A DNA stretch of 64,000 bases from Atractiella rhizophila (lineage: Eukaryota). Made by a program: the position numbers and the translations under genes. The stretch lies in the NCBI GenBank assembly GCA_021432655.1, contig MU271275.1:1-64000 (forward strand), read 5' to 3'. The notes under the pieces were generated by a model. The model saw only the letters and a program-made list of their open reading frames with translations, ran no database searches and was not told the origin of the DNA. Below are positions 12,027-24,533 of this stretch, in pieces (the first letter of the stretch is position 1; each line of letters starts with the position of its first letter).

Positions 12027-14044
12027 TTAAGATTGAGCATACTTGCTCCACTTCCGAACTTCGCCTCCTCTCTTGTAAAAGAACCAAAGAATGGGGATCA
12101 TTGGAATACTGAGTCCGGCGAGAAGAGAGCAACCACCACCGATACCGAGCGTTGCGAAGAGGGGATGCCCTAAGAGAGGCGAACCAGCTCCGGCACAGGA
12201 ACGGATGAGGTCGTTTCCTGCGAGAAGGGACGCAGCGTAAAGGGGGAAGGTTGCTGGGAGATATATGAGGCAGGATTGAAAGAGAAGGAAGAATGCGGGA
12301 ATGTAGAGGGTGGCAGAAATAATCGGTGCGATCCAGTGGATGGAACGGCGCGAAAACCAACCTGTACGCAATCCTGTTCATGAATTCCGACCGAGAAGAA
12401 CAGTCCAGAGTGACTAACCGAACATGAAGAGTGACACTGGAACGAACAAACTCCCAACAAAGCCAGGTAGGAGTCGTTCTTCTGGCGTAACAAAGATCCC
12501 TGTCCGGCGAACCTTCGGCTCGACATAATAATACTGATAGGCAGCGTATCCAGCATAGCTGAGGAATGTTCCAATAGCTAATCCACTGAAAGCGACGCCT
12601 TGAAGACCAAGGTTGAATCCATAAATGTCCCCAAAGACGAGCGGAAATGTCTCAAACCTGACCCGAGAACATATCAGCCAGATTGAGGGTAAGGACAGGA
12701 ACAAACCATAGGAAGAAAATGGCGTAAACTAAGGCTAAATACACGTTGATGAAAAGAACAGCAGGTTCTAGAGCGAGCTGGAATGGCCTAATAAGGGTTT
12801 CATAGAGGACGTCCTTTGCAGAGGTGTTAGCTTGATCGATTTCGCTCTGCGCTCTTAGGGTTTTGTTATTCAGTAGTTTCCTCAATCGTTGCGCGCGCTT
12901 CAGCAGAATTGTCGATGCAGAGGTCTCAGGGAGGGTGAAGGACAAGACGAGAAGTGTGAAGCCAGAAAGAATGAGAAGTTCGTACAGTGGCCATCTCCAA
13001 CCTGAATTCATGGCTGCAAACCCGCTGATAACCGGTCCCAAAACCTTTGCTCAGGCTCCATCAACATCTCGACATTCAACACGACGGAAAAGGAACTCTC
13101 ACAAGTGACATTTCCGCTGCCACACTCCACAAACCGTAAACGTATGGCAGTTTGATCGGAGCCCACACGTCTGCAAAGGAAGCGCCGGCAGTTGCGAAAA
13201 CAGGGGATCCAATAAATCCAGCAAAGAATCTTGTTGCCATGAGAGTGTTATAGTTCGAAGTGGTGGCAGCAGGTATTTGGAGGATAACGAAGAGGAAAAG
13301 AGTCGCCATGTAGATGGGATTGCGACCAATTGCAGGTATCTCTGAAAGAGGAGAGAGAATCATAGGTCCTAATTCCAACACCACGTCATGATCTCCACAG
13401 AGGAAAAGGGAACTCATATACCTAATCCGTATCCCAGAACAAAGAGGGAGAGGCCAAGGGTCGCTTTTGTTTGCGAGACGTGAAAGTATTCCATCACTCC
13501 GGGAATAGATGAAGAACTATGGCCACAAATCAGGGCACAAACCAGCGAGGAGAAGAGAGGCATACTAAATGGCACTCCCTATGTAGAGGGAATATGTCAA
13601 GAGAAGGATCCCAGCAGTCACAATGCTCTTTTTCGTAACACTCCAGTTTTGGGGGTTTTCAGGGTCGTCGTCTCCATACCAATCAACAAGGTATCTCTCC
13701 TTGACTTGTTCTCTATCGACCACCTTTTTCCCATTTTCCAAATCGTTATCTACTCCACTCCTCTGGCCCCTGCAGCGATCCTCCTCGTTCTTCTCTGGTC
13801 CGCCGTCATTCTCGACGTTGTACGCCTTCACATGGTTCTCCTCGTCAATGGTTGCCGCCTCGAAGGAGGGGGAAGCAGATGCGACCTTGGTCGAAGTTGT
13901 AGTAGGTGAGCAATTGTTTGATTGGAGACAAAATCTCAGCGGGACTTCAAAACCATCCTTCTCTTCAGGGTATCGCAAAATACGTCCTCTGGAAATTACA
14001 CGAATTAGCTGACCTGCAACCGATTCCCGCAGAAGGTCTGACAT
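12027..14044 (-). CDS. MFS drug:H+ antiporter, DHA1 family (Flr1/Caf5/Tpo1-like)
   Basis: VDWYGDDDPENPQNW, LGPMILSPLSEIPAIGRNPIY, LPET, ETFPLVF, PEERL, YAASLLAGNDLIRS, ending RKWSKYAQS*. Exons join in frame. Confidence 0.93.
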
Positions 14045-15269
14045 GTTTGAGAGGGATAATAAAATAGTAAAATCTATCTTGCTGTCTCAAAAATGGTGAT
14101 GCAATGGCCACTGCGATGAACTTATATATGCTGAGGTTGATATCTTCCAAAGGGCCCGCAACAACAAAGGCACTGGCAACGAAACGTAATAATGAAACTC
14201 ATGTAATTGATGGCGTCTTCCTGCCCATTGCCAACCGGCAAGCGCCTCTCTAGACATCAAAGCGCAAAGGCTACAACTTCAGATGACAAATACTGCTCGG
14301 TTTATGAATCAATGGAGATCGAAATTCGTGATGTGTCTATATACTTGAATTGATCCTGCACCTGTTGCATCACAAATAACACAGCTCAGCATACTTTTAA
14401 ACTTTTAAACAACCCTAACTGAGGGCCAGCCATTCCCCGGCCTCGCTCTGCGCTGAACGGAAGGCAGTTTGGATATCTATTCGGGATTGTTTAACTCTTC
14501 AAACGGAGCGGAAAGGAGGTAAGAGGCCTGACGCGTAGAAAATAATGATACAAGAGCACCAGTTGCCAGAAAGAATATCCGGGTAAAAATTCCAGTGGAA
14601 TTGGCTTTGCAAGAAGGCGGACAGATGAAGGGAAGAAGGCTCCTTGGAACATAATTATCTACTAAGCGGTTGGCTATACAACATGCCCATTCTGATGAAG
14701 GCACACAATATTGGCGTATATGTAGATCGACATGAAAGGATAAGAATGCTTAATACAGTGATACTGAATCGTACGCACCTATCCACCTCCAAGTTCACTT
14801 TCTCCTCAAAAGCAAGCTCTGCGCCGTCGCCCAACTACATTCTCTTTGAATATTGGTGATGAGCCATCTTCCCTTGTTCTGAAAACGTGATCTGCCTTTT
14901 GGATGGGGCCCGACATTGCCGACCCAGAGAGATGCACCAGAACCCTGAGTGTGTGGAAGATGATTGGAGCAAGCAATGGACTACTCCAACAGACAGACAG
15001 TGGTGACAAAGCTTTGCGAATGTAGACCATTAAAGGCCACCGGAACATATATGTGACAATTTATTTATTTCTTCAAGCACCTCGGCCCATTCTAACGCAG
15101 CATGATGTGATTGTTAAAAATGACTTTACAAGCATTTATCCTGCTCTATTTATCAGCGCCTAATATGTACACACTGAAACCGAGAACCGCCAGACAAAAA
15201 GAGTTGGAAATTTAGAGAGAGACTGACAGGAGGTCCATATCCTCCAGAGACCGATTGTCCTTCAATGAA

Positions 15270-16856
15270 TCAAGCGAAGAGGACAGTGCTGAGAGCAGCA
15301 AAAATCAGAGCCAGCCAACCTGCACCGGGGCCACCAGCAGCACTGTTGCTGCCGCTTCCGCTTCCACTTGAACTACCACTGCCACTGCCACTTCCGCTTC
15401 CAGATGTGCTGCTGTTGCCAGTCCCGTCAGTTCCAGGGAGGCCAGAACCATCGAGAGATCCAGAGTTCTGTTGGACGGCTCGAGCGAAACCAATTTGGTG
15501 ATTGGTGGTCGAGTTGTAGGAGAAGACGGTATACCAGTTCTTCATGAATGTATCTCCAACGACGCCGAGTGGTGTGTTATCACTATCGACAGCCTATGGA
15601 ACTGCACGTTAGTCTTGCCTGTGGCTAAAAGAGGACGAGCGACTGACATCCGTCGCCGCGAGAATGATACCGCATTGGCCGCTTTGAGTGGTTCCGACAA
15701 ACAAATCGAGAGGCGCCACGTCATAAATGTTTCCCCCAATGTTGAACCCAAAGTCAAGAGTGGCCAGGTCTCCACAACTCATGACAAGGACGTAATTTCC
15801 GCCTCCTTGATTCTGGATACTAGCTCCAATACCTTCAGCATAAGCTTGAATGATGTCCGCTGGGAGGTTGACGATTGAGCTTCCCGAGTCGACCAACATC
15901 CTCATGTTCGTCCCGCTGATAGTCTTGCCTTTCGCAGTCAACCCTTGGCATTCCACAGCCCAGAACACATCAGATGTGACGTCTGCAAACTTAACGTCTC
16001 CTGTGTAATGCGACGAATCCGTGCATCCGACGCAGATCTCACCACCCGTAGAGTCCGTGGCAGAACCAGAGTCGAAGTTCTTAAAAGTGATATCGCGCTC
16101 CAAGAAGAGGGAAAAGACGGGCGAGTTGAGAGTGCCTCCATCACCAGCAATGAGATGCTCCATGAACGTCGTCTGCTTGTTCGAGGCCAAGGTAGAGAAA
16201 CCAAGACCGATCAATCCATCCTCCACTTCGCTATCCAGCTGTTCTGAAGTGATGTTTGCGACCGAGAACCCTTGGCTGGGAATCCTAAAACCAGCTATGC
16301 CGAGGGTGTCTTGTGCCACGAAGCCAGTAGTTGTCGTTCCGTCACCGTACGTGATCTCCCACGGAGTCGTGCTGCCGACAAAGGTGGAGGAGGCTGAAGT
16401 GGCGAATTTAGGATGCTTCGTTGTATTAGCATCAGGACCGTAGACCCATAAGTCGGCTGATCCAGCTGTACAGAAGGAGGATGAGCTGCGCGCTGGCGGT
16501 CATTAAAGAAAGTAACGAACTATCAAACTGGAGCGTAAAGTTTTGGCCAGGGGTTCCAAGTTCGATTTGACCAAGGTAGATTCCTGCATCCTTTGTATCA
16601 GGCTCCAAACAAACCGGGGAAGGAAAGACAAACCGTCGAGCGGTGCACCATTTGAGAACTCTTCCTCTCCGTCTGCCCGCTTTGAGAACGCCAGTCTGCG
16701 ACGTTCGTTGGACTCCGATGGCTTGATGTGCTTTGTGAGGGAGAGGACGTTGAGACCCCTCTTCTGCAACTGTCCATGCCGCGAAGATGACGGAGGGAGG
16801 GAGGTGGCTGAAGCGCCAATGACGCTCAGGCTGAGCAAAAGAGACACGGTGGCCAT
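15270..16856 (-). CDS. Secreted, probably GPI-anchored pepsin-like (A1) aspartic protease
   Basis: Signal peptide; KR sites in the propeptide; catalytic FDTGSADLW (split by an intron) and LVDSGSS; DGLIGLG; LGDTFMKNWYTVF; Ser/Gly-rich linker and hydrophobic C-terminal tail. Confidence 0.92.
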
Positions 16857-17444
16857 CTAACTGGAGTACTGAGACTGAGACAACAAAGGAAGTCTTGGTA
16901 GGATCCTGAAGAGAGGATTCGAGTGTTCTTTGTCTGTGACAAAGGGACAAGGCAGCTGAAAAGTTAAAGGGGAATATTCGAACGGAGGGACTGAAAAGGA
17001 TTCAACAGAAAGGCGATGGGGACGTCAGTTTATGTATGACCTTTCCCGCATATAAATAGTGGCCGGAAAAGGCTGGGCGTCGTTATTTTTGTGACCGCTG
17101 CGAATATACTCGCAACCGGAACACAACTGGACGACCAGACACACAACCTTGCCCAAAATACGCTGGCGGGCATGAGAGCACATTGTATCAGTATATTGTA
17201 AGGACTCTGATGCATTGCAAGAGTACACAGAACTGCTTTGGTAGTGACAACGTTTGATTGCGATGGGAAGTTACCGTTACAAAAGGGATGATAGAGTCCG
17301 ACATAATGCATATTGGAAGACCGTCCGCAGCCTGAACTGATAGATTACAGTTGAGCACAGCGAGAACGCTGGAGGGCTTTGCAGGACCTCCAGCCTGGGA
17401 AAACGAAAACGTCACGAGCCGAGGAAGAGAATATGGAAGTGGAA

Positions 17445-18390
17445 TCAATAGTAGCAGACACTGTGGAGCAGTTGATGCGGATGTTTGGCTGAGTGTTGTT
17501 CGAGAATCTGATCAATTTCTTGATCGAGGTCTATTGCACTCTCCAACTGAATTTGACGCATGAGAGAGCTGGAAGGCCTGAGGTAAAGGGGACATACTGC
17601 AGAACATAGCTCTAGCATGCTTTTTCCGGCTATCAATGCCTCCTCATGGCTATCCTTGATCTCCATATTGATAACATGGACTGGTTTATTTTGCTCTCCC
17701 CCCCTCAACAGCAAGTCTATAACAGCGTCAGCGCCATGTTGCCAGGCCTCCAAAAGAAACAAAGCGTACCATCGCAGACAGCGTCGAAGCACCTCTCCTC
17801 ACAGGTAATGACCACGTCCACGATCTTCTGGCTATCCTGCCACCTCTCGGGAAACTGTTTGACATTCCGGTTCCGATCCAACATCTGTAAAAGTCCATTC
17901 GAGGCGTAGAGCCGCTCATCCTTGGACCGCAGATCATTCCACATGAAATCGTACGTCGTCCCAAAAGAGTATATGTTCGGTTTATCAATAGTGGCACCTG
18001 GCAGGCGTACAGCGGATCCCGTTCCACAAGATGTGACCAGAAAGTTGTTTTTCCTATAACAAACATGTCACTTCAGCTTCGTGGCACACAGAATTAAAGA
18101 ACGAACATAAGAACATTGTGACCCTCCATCGATCGATTATTGTTGCTCGCACACACGATGCAGAAAGACTTCTGGGACTTCTTTCCCGGTGGAGCTTCTG
18201 GTGGCGGAGGAGGAGGCGGAAGTTTCGAGGTAGAAGCAATAGCGAGTGATGAAGCGGCTAGTCCTGGCAGGGCAGAGGGAGAAGAGGTAGCACTCATCCC
18301 AGGTATGACAGAAGAAGGTCCACCAAAAGAAGGTGCCTGAGCAGATTGACGCGCTTGGCGAGCACGGAGACGTGGGTCGTTGGAAGCCAT
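17445..18390 (-). CDS. SSU72: RNA polymerase II CTD phosphatase Ssu72
   Basis: Catalytic [51 protein letters not shown]. Has an extra low-complexity N-terminus and a 5'UTR intron at 18392-18583. Confidence 0.95.
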
Positions 18391-18451
18391 TCTGCAACCG
18401 GTTGAAATTCGTTCAGTCTTAAACCTCTACAGATAAACAGAGTAAAGGCAG

Positions 18452-18559
18452 AGGAGAGTCAGAAGTATCTGCGGTCGTTTGCTCATCATTTTTCTGAACC
18501 TGACGGCTCTGAAATTTGACAGCTCCAATAAAAGTGACTTATTCATCATTCCCGCTCCT
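18452..18559 (-). ncRNA. Intronic box C/D snoRNA (SSU72 5'UTR intron)
   Basis: On the minus strand: C box ATGATGA (18549-18543), D' CAGA (18496-18493), C' ATGATGA (18489-18483), D box CTGA (18462-18459), and terminal complementarity AGGAG/CTCCT. It lies within a GTGAGA...GCAG intron about three times longer than neighbouring introns. Confidence 0.8.
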
Positions 18560-19353
18560 AGAAACCAAAGAATAAACTCTCACCTGAAAGATGTTGTGGA
18601 AACGGAAATTTGTTGTTGGTGGCTTGTGGATTGTGAGAAGAAAAATTAGCAGGATGCCTGTTTTGGAACCGAAGCCGTCTTTATAAACCTTGTTCGATAT
18701 GAACACACTGCAGTCTCTTTCACGATCTCGCTGGCTTTCCAGAATCTTGAACTCCTATTAGGCTCTACGATAGTGTGATTGTTATTTAGTTATAGTATAA
18801 TCAATATCCGCCTGGAACACTTCGGCTTGTTTAAACATGGATGAGCACCCAAATTTCGACTAAAGATTAAGGGAGGAAGAAGTACTTGGAGAAAACTGAG
18901 AACTCAATCATCAAACACCAGTTCAGCCAAATCCCGAAAACTACGAACAAATAAATCTCGAGAATTACGGATTAGTTATTGAAACACGACTCGATTAATC
19001 TATTAACAGGAAAAGGAATATGGGTGGCTAAGTCAAGGATCGTAGTAAGATTGGAAATGAATTAGAAGTTTATCCGGTCATTTTGCTAAATTCCTGCGAA
19101 GCTTTAACTGTTATTGTTGTGGTCGGAGCCAACATCCACGAATTAGCAGAGCAAGAGAGGGAACTGAGATGGCACGCGATAACTGGTATCGTTAACAGGA
19201 CGGGATTACAAAAGATCGTGACACGTTACGTATACTGGAAATTGAGCGACGGAAGGTTTAGGCAAGGAGGAAACGAAGGCGACTTCGAAAGTTCGACTGC
19301 TATGCATCAGTGCCTCGGTCGCTTTCGGAGGGAAGCACTCACAGGTCATTCAA

Positions 19354-20865
19354 TCACGAAGCAGAGCTCTGTGAATAGGTTTGCTGCAGAGCAGGCGGTA
19401 CCCCTTTGATAGTTCCACTCTTCTGTTCCAAGGTATCGAGCATCTGTTCCATTCCCTCCGCTCCAGCCTCTCCCTGTCCCCCAATACCTCCATATCCATC
19501 CCTCTCCCACCCTCCAGCAGCTGCAATTCTTTCTTCGTTCAGAATATCTGCATAGCTCATGAAGCTCAACCTCTTCTTGTCTCCTGTGCTCGTGACTGTT
19601 GAACCGCGCTGGTGAACGCGACGAGCAAACATCTCATCGTTCAAGGCAATGTTGGACGTCGGAGAAGGAGGCAAACCAGTAGTGGTAAGAGGAGCACCAA
19701 CGAGATTCGGAGAGAGTGAACGTGGGCGGGGCGACTTGTCCTTGCCCTCATTTGACAATCCGACGGAATCTGTCGTAATCGCCAGTTCTTCAATCTTGTC
19801 TTGATGGGCAAAGAAGAGAGGAGGACTTCCGCTGGCAGGAAGCGGAGGAGTCTGAAGGCTACTTCCCGAGGCGGGACTCGTGGGATAAGTCGTGGAAAGA
19901 GGTGGAGGTGATGAGGAGCTTGGGCTTCCCGCGAAAGTAGGAGGAGAATAAGCACCAGTTGGACTCCCAGCACCAGAAGCACTTCCACTACCCACTTGCG
20001 CCATCGGATTGGACGAGTAGTAATAACTCTGCCTACTGGGACTGCTCCAGCCAGTCGGACTGACATGTCCACTTCCAGCTCCGAAGATCAAACTGCTCCC
20101 CATGTCACCAAGCGGGCCGTCCCTCCCAGTGCCTTGCTCCCTCACCAAATCTACAAGTTCATCAATATCCTTCGGAGCCTCCTCACTCGTCAACAGTTCC
20201 GCCGCCTCCAGCAAGACCGGAGGGATCGCCACATCCACCGCCTCGTGTGCCGAGAGAAGATGGTCCGAAGGAAATTCGACATCTCGCTCAAAAATAGATG
20301 AAGCATCGTCAGCTGACAACGGAGGCCTTGTCGGGTAGAAGTCCGTTCGATGAATGAGCGGAACGGTCGAACCACCAGACAAAGTACTTTGCATCGCCTC
20401 GGAGCGATGGACAGGACTGAGGTTGAGACCAGTGAGGTCGAGATGGAGGGGCAACTCTTTGTGTCCGGCTAGCGTCGGGGACGGAGGACTCGTCGTTGGC
20501 GACACGGAGCCTGCTCGATGTGGATGCGGAGGTGAAGCGGATCGGGAAGGATGATGAGGTGTAACGCTGCCGTGTCCATGGGCAGGTGTGGATGGAACAG
20601 GAGCAGGAGGAGAGAGTACGGAACTAACTGCATTGGGAGATAGAATGGGTGCAGCCCTAGCGGCTGTGATCACCTTGGAGTTGCTATGGGAGTGTTGGTG
20701 ACCGGACGGAGGAGGAGGCGAAGAGGATCCTTGCTCCGATCGTGCTCGAGACGCCGGAGCAGAGGCGGCCATAGGGTCGAGGGCTTGAGCAGGTAGAGCA
20801 GGGGAAGTCGAAGCGGACTTCGCCTTGGATTCAAGTTTGGATTTCGAACCTAACAAACGTTTCAC
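19354..20865 (-). CDS. Ser/Pro-rich disordered fungal protein with conserved SIFERDVE and KRLSFMSYADIL islands
   Basis: 503-aa uninterrupted ORF. Short motif islands recall an uncharacterised fungal family (yeast YMR206W/YNR014W-like, from memory and unverified). True start and end exons are uncertain. Confidence 0.75.
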   Translation of the reverse strand: MKRLLGSKSKLESKAKSASTSPALPAQALDPMAASAPASRARSEQGSSSPPPPSGHQHSHSNSKVITAARAAPILSPNAVSSVLSPPAPVPSTPAHGHGSVTPHHPSRSASPPHPHRAGSVSPTTSPPSPTLAGHKELPLHLDLTGLNLSPVHRSEAMQSTLSGGSTVPLIHRTDFYPTRPPLSADDASSIFERDVEFPSDHLLSAHEAVDVAIPPVLLEAAELLTSEEAPKDIDELVDLVREQGTGRDGPLGDMGSSLIFGAGSGHVSPTGWSSPSRQSYYYSSNPMAQVGSGSASGAGSPTGAYSPPTFAGSPSSSSPPPLSTTYPTSPASGSSLQTPPLPASGSPPLFFAHQDKIEELAITTDSVGLSNEGKDKSPRPRSLSPNLVGAPLTTTGLPPSPTSNIALNDEMFARRVHQRGSTVTSTGDKKRLSFMSYADILNEERIAAAGGWERDGYGGIGGQGEAGAEGMEQMLDTLEQKSGTIKGVPPALQQTYSQSSAS

Positions 20866-21625
20866 ACGTCAGAACAACTGATCACGGTTTGACATGTTCG
20901 TTCACGATAAATGATCCCCGCAGCGGGAAAGAAAGCTTCGTTTCTCCTCGTCCTCATTGTTGAATGAAAATGGCATGGAGTGGCAATATTGGCGCACGCC
21001 GTGATATGCGCAAAAGCGCACCTCGTGGGTCAGACCTTGTTGTTGCGAACCCCGCTTATGGTGTTTGCACAACATCGAACGTTTCAGGCTTTCCCATCTA
21101 ATGTCATCCATGCCCATGTCTACAACTCCTTCACATCCATCGAGGAGAAAACCATGGTAATCCCTTCACCAACCCAGCATCTGGTCCAAACAACATGAAA
21201 CTCACCCTTCTCTTGAGACTTGGGTTTCCGCAAAAGAGGCATGATTATCGTTGCTTGTTGATATCCTAGCTAAAAGTTCAAGCTTTCGAGATGGATTTGT
21301 GGCTGGGAGAAGGGATTCTTGAACAACTATTTGGCAGTCGTCTCGTCGTTTTGCTGTTTCCGTCCTCGCCGCGGCTGCGGAAGTGCTATGACGCCAGGAT
21401 GGCACGGTAACAAAGCCGACTAAACCCGAATAACCCCAAGCAATGTGGCACTGTGATGAGCGGAAGCTGAGTGAAGTGTTGGTTGGGGAGCATGAGATGG
21501 AACTATTCAGAAAGCAGCACTATCGTCTGAGTGTTACCAGCTAATTGCATGCTCCGTACTTCCGAAATAGTCGATTCTACACAAGTTTGTGATTTGCCTT
21601 TATTTGCACAACAATTCCGTTCCAT

Positions 21626-22544
21626 TTACAAGGCTCCGAACATCTGTGACAGTTCTCAGCACGCAACTCGCAATAAACAAATGCATGAAGCTCACCTTTG
21701 CGAATTCGTTGTAGTCGATCTTTCCATCACCGTTGGTATCAGCTTCCTTGAGCATCTGTTTCGGTTCCAGATCTTCAGGTAACGAATCTCAAATCAGGAA
21801 GAAAATGAGACCCACTTCGTCCAGCTGTTCGCTTGACAGCTGATCTCCTAGCTTCTTCATAACGCTTTCAATCTCAGCTTTGGTAATGTATCCGTTTCCT
21901 ATGAGACATCTGCAGGTCAGCTAAAGTCACGGAGCGGAACAAAGCAGGACACACCGTCAGCGTCAAAGACCTTGAAAGTCTCCCTCAGCTCCTTCTCTCT
22001 GTCGCCAGCGGCGATCGAGTCCCTAGAGATCATGGCCAAGAATTCGTCAAAGTCGATTGTCCCGTCTTTATTCTGGTCGATCTCATTGATCATCTCTTTG
22101 AGTTGGGAATCGGTTGCTCCTTGGTTCAGTGCTTTCATTACGTCCCCGAGCTCAGCAGTACTGATCGTGCCATCGCCGTCTATAGGTCGAGCAAATTACT
22201 TTTCGAAAAGACATTCCAGGGAGTATGGGGAAGAACGGACTTACTCTTGTCCTGAGAAAAAGGCAAGGCATGGAATCAGAACTGGCGGTCTCTTCAGTTT
22301 GTAAGGAGGAAAAACGAACGAAAAGCGCAAAGGTATCCTTGTATTCTGTTACCATCAACGACATGAGCAATAATCCCTGTGAGCAAACGCTAGGTAAGGA
22401 AACCTGCCTTGAAGCTGCTCTACAGATCCAGAAATGATGAACACTTCGCATGGCGGACGAAAGAAATCCTACCGGGTGACTACGATTCCCTCCGTTAGGT
22501 TAGAGCCAAAATGTATGCAAATAACTCACAAGTTTGCTGGCCAT
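21626..22544 (-). CDS. Calmodulin-like protein (divergent calmodulin paralog, four EF-hands)
   Basis: Spliced: [32 protein letters not shown]...[12 protein letters not shown]...[12 protein letters not shown]...[20 protein letters not shown]. Contains two 7-nt exons and one GC-AG intron. Confidence 0.9.
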
Positions 22545-22674
22545 TGCTGTATCAGAAGATTCACGTCAATCCTTCAATAGATTCCCTCCGTTAGGTTAGA
22601 GCCAAAATGTATGCAAATAACTCACAAGTTTGCTGGCCATTGCTGTATCAGAAGATTCACGTCAATCCTTCAAT
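22484..22674. repeat. Perfect 95-bp tandem duplication (period 96) covering the calmodulin-like start exon
   Basis: 22484-22578 is identical to 22580-22674. Confidence 0.97.
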
Positions 22675-22854
22675 CCTCCTTACGTCCTTGTCGTCGTCTA
22701 AATGCTACCGTACCAGGGCGGTCGGAAATATCCACGTGTCCGGGAACAGGAGAGGTTGCCGTCCTCCAACAACAACCGTCGAAAGACGCGTCCATAAAAG
22801 CCTTGTAAGCTGGACTTAACAGCCGCCTATTACATCTGGACCAGCTAGTTCAAA

Positions 22855-24004
22855 ATGGCCTCTGCACTTTTTTCCGCTTCGTCTCTCATCCTCCTGTCAC
22901 TCGTCACAGCTTACTACGTTCGACTGCTCGCCTTTCATCCGCCAGAAGCAATCTCTAACTTCGCTCTGAGAGACATAATTGAGGAGTGTGTGGACGAGTA
23001 CAGGGACAAGATGATATGGATAGACCAAGGTTGGTATGGTGGAGGGGACTTGATGTGCATTCTTGTAACTTTCTTCAAGACACATATTGACCAGGGCCAA
23101 TGGATTGCTAAAGGCGTCAGTGCTTCCGATTCTACCAATCTAGCATGTAACGAACAAAGTAATTGTGGATAGGTCATTATGATTTTTGTTGCTCTTGTTG
23201 CCGCTTTTTCAGAGTTTATCGCGTCACTCAGGTCAAGGAGTTGGCTGCTTGGATCCTGGCTTTCGACATTGTGCTTTTGCATCGGCCAATTTATGGCCTT
23301 CGGGGTCACATTTCCTGCCATCTATGTCCCCTTCTTCATCATAGACCGATTTTTTATGCAGGTCAGTCAATTGTTCAATACATGGAACAAATGCTGACGT
23401 GGAGTCGGGGAGTAGAAGAAAGAAAGGTACATTCACCCTTACTCCTACTACTACCGTTCGCTTGTTGGCTTGGGATTTGCCGCCATCACCTTTGCCATGA
23501 CTTTTCTACCAACAAACTCGGATTATTGGATCCCAATTTGCATTGCGTTTGTCCATTCCCCTCACGTATGTGCTACAGACAACTAAGCTACTATGCAGTT
23601 TTCAATATGCGCCGATAGCATATACACCGCTCGCGTTCCTCTCAACAACAGCCCCTCATCCAACTTCCTCTGCACTCGCTCGAGCGGCGATAACAAAAAC
23701 CAAGCTTCAAAGCTCAGTCGCGCATGTTCTGGGCATTAGCATGATCGTCTACGGCGTCGTCACAAAATCTGGCAAGTGGAATGACGCGACACAATTCCTA
23801 GTGTTCGACTATTTTGGCATCCTGCTAGCTTTCATTTATCTCCAGATCGCAGAACGCTTGTCTGATCGCACGGAGAAGACGAAGGCAAAGAATCCATTTG
23901 GGTTGAAAGCGTGGATTTTGGGTCCCGGTACTGTTTTATTGGATTGGGTGGAGGAGAATGAACACCTGAGTGTCATTGGGGCAGCAAAAGAGAAGGAAAA
24001 TTGA
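22855..24004 (+). CDS. Multi-pass membrane protein, possibly CtvD/AurD-like
   Basis: Four exons with several hydrophobic helices. Motifs ILVTFF, GQFMAFGVTFPAIY and ILGPG resemble CtvD-like proteins (weak, from memory). Confidence 0.65.
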
Positions 24005-24533
24005 GCATCAAATTTTCGAGGAGGATGTATTTGTATTCTATATTTCAGCCAGAGCAAAATTGGAAGTAATGCACCAGCCAACATTTCTTCATGCAAGAGA
24101 CGTCGTCGCGGTTAGTCAGGCGAGCTTGCTCACCATGATAGTTCACTGATACTTCAGCAGAGTTGATTTTCACCATTGAGCTGAACAGTGTGGCCACTTA
24201 AGTTTCTGAGCTACTGTCCGCAGCAGTAATGTAAGGTCAATCACCACTGTGTCCCGCATCTTTGTGGCACTGCTATCTAGCCTGCCGACAATAACTGCCT
24301 TAGAAACTGTCTAACTGTCGTTCATGACTTTTGATGGTTGCTATTTCTTAGTACGATTGTCTTGAGAGCTGGAAGGTGTGCATCCTCTCGAGCCCTTGAG
24401 TTCAATTCCTGGAGAGATACATGTTTGTGCCTCTTTCAAACCTTCATTCTTGACCGCACTTGTTTTATTGCTCATACACCGCTCTAGCCGAGTACTGATG
24501 ACTTTTTGCACTAGATCGAATGTTACCAGCACA

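Noticed and set aside
14411..14419. AACCCTAAC as a telomerase template or telomeric seed
   Set aside because: A single 9-mer is expected by chance in 64 kb, and no supporting structure was seen.
14856..14948. GTGATGA...CTGA as a C/D snoRNA
   Set aside because: No terminal stem, no host intron, and only an 8-nt rRNA complement.
21447..21535. GTGATGA...CTGA with a short terminal stem
   Set aside because: No convincing C'/D' pair, no recognisable guide and no host intron. Worth only an Infernal check.
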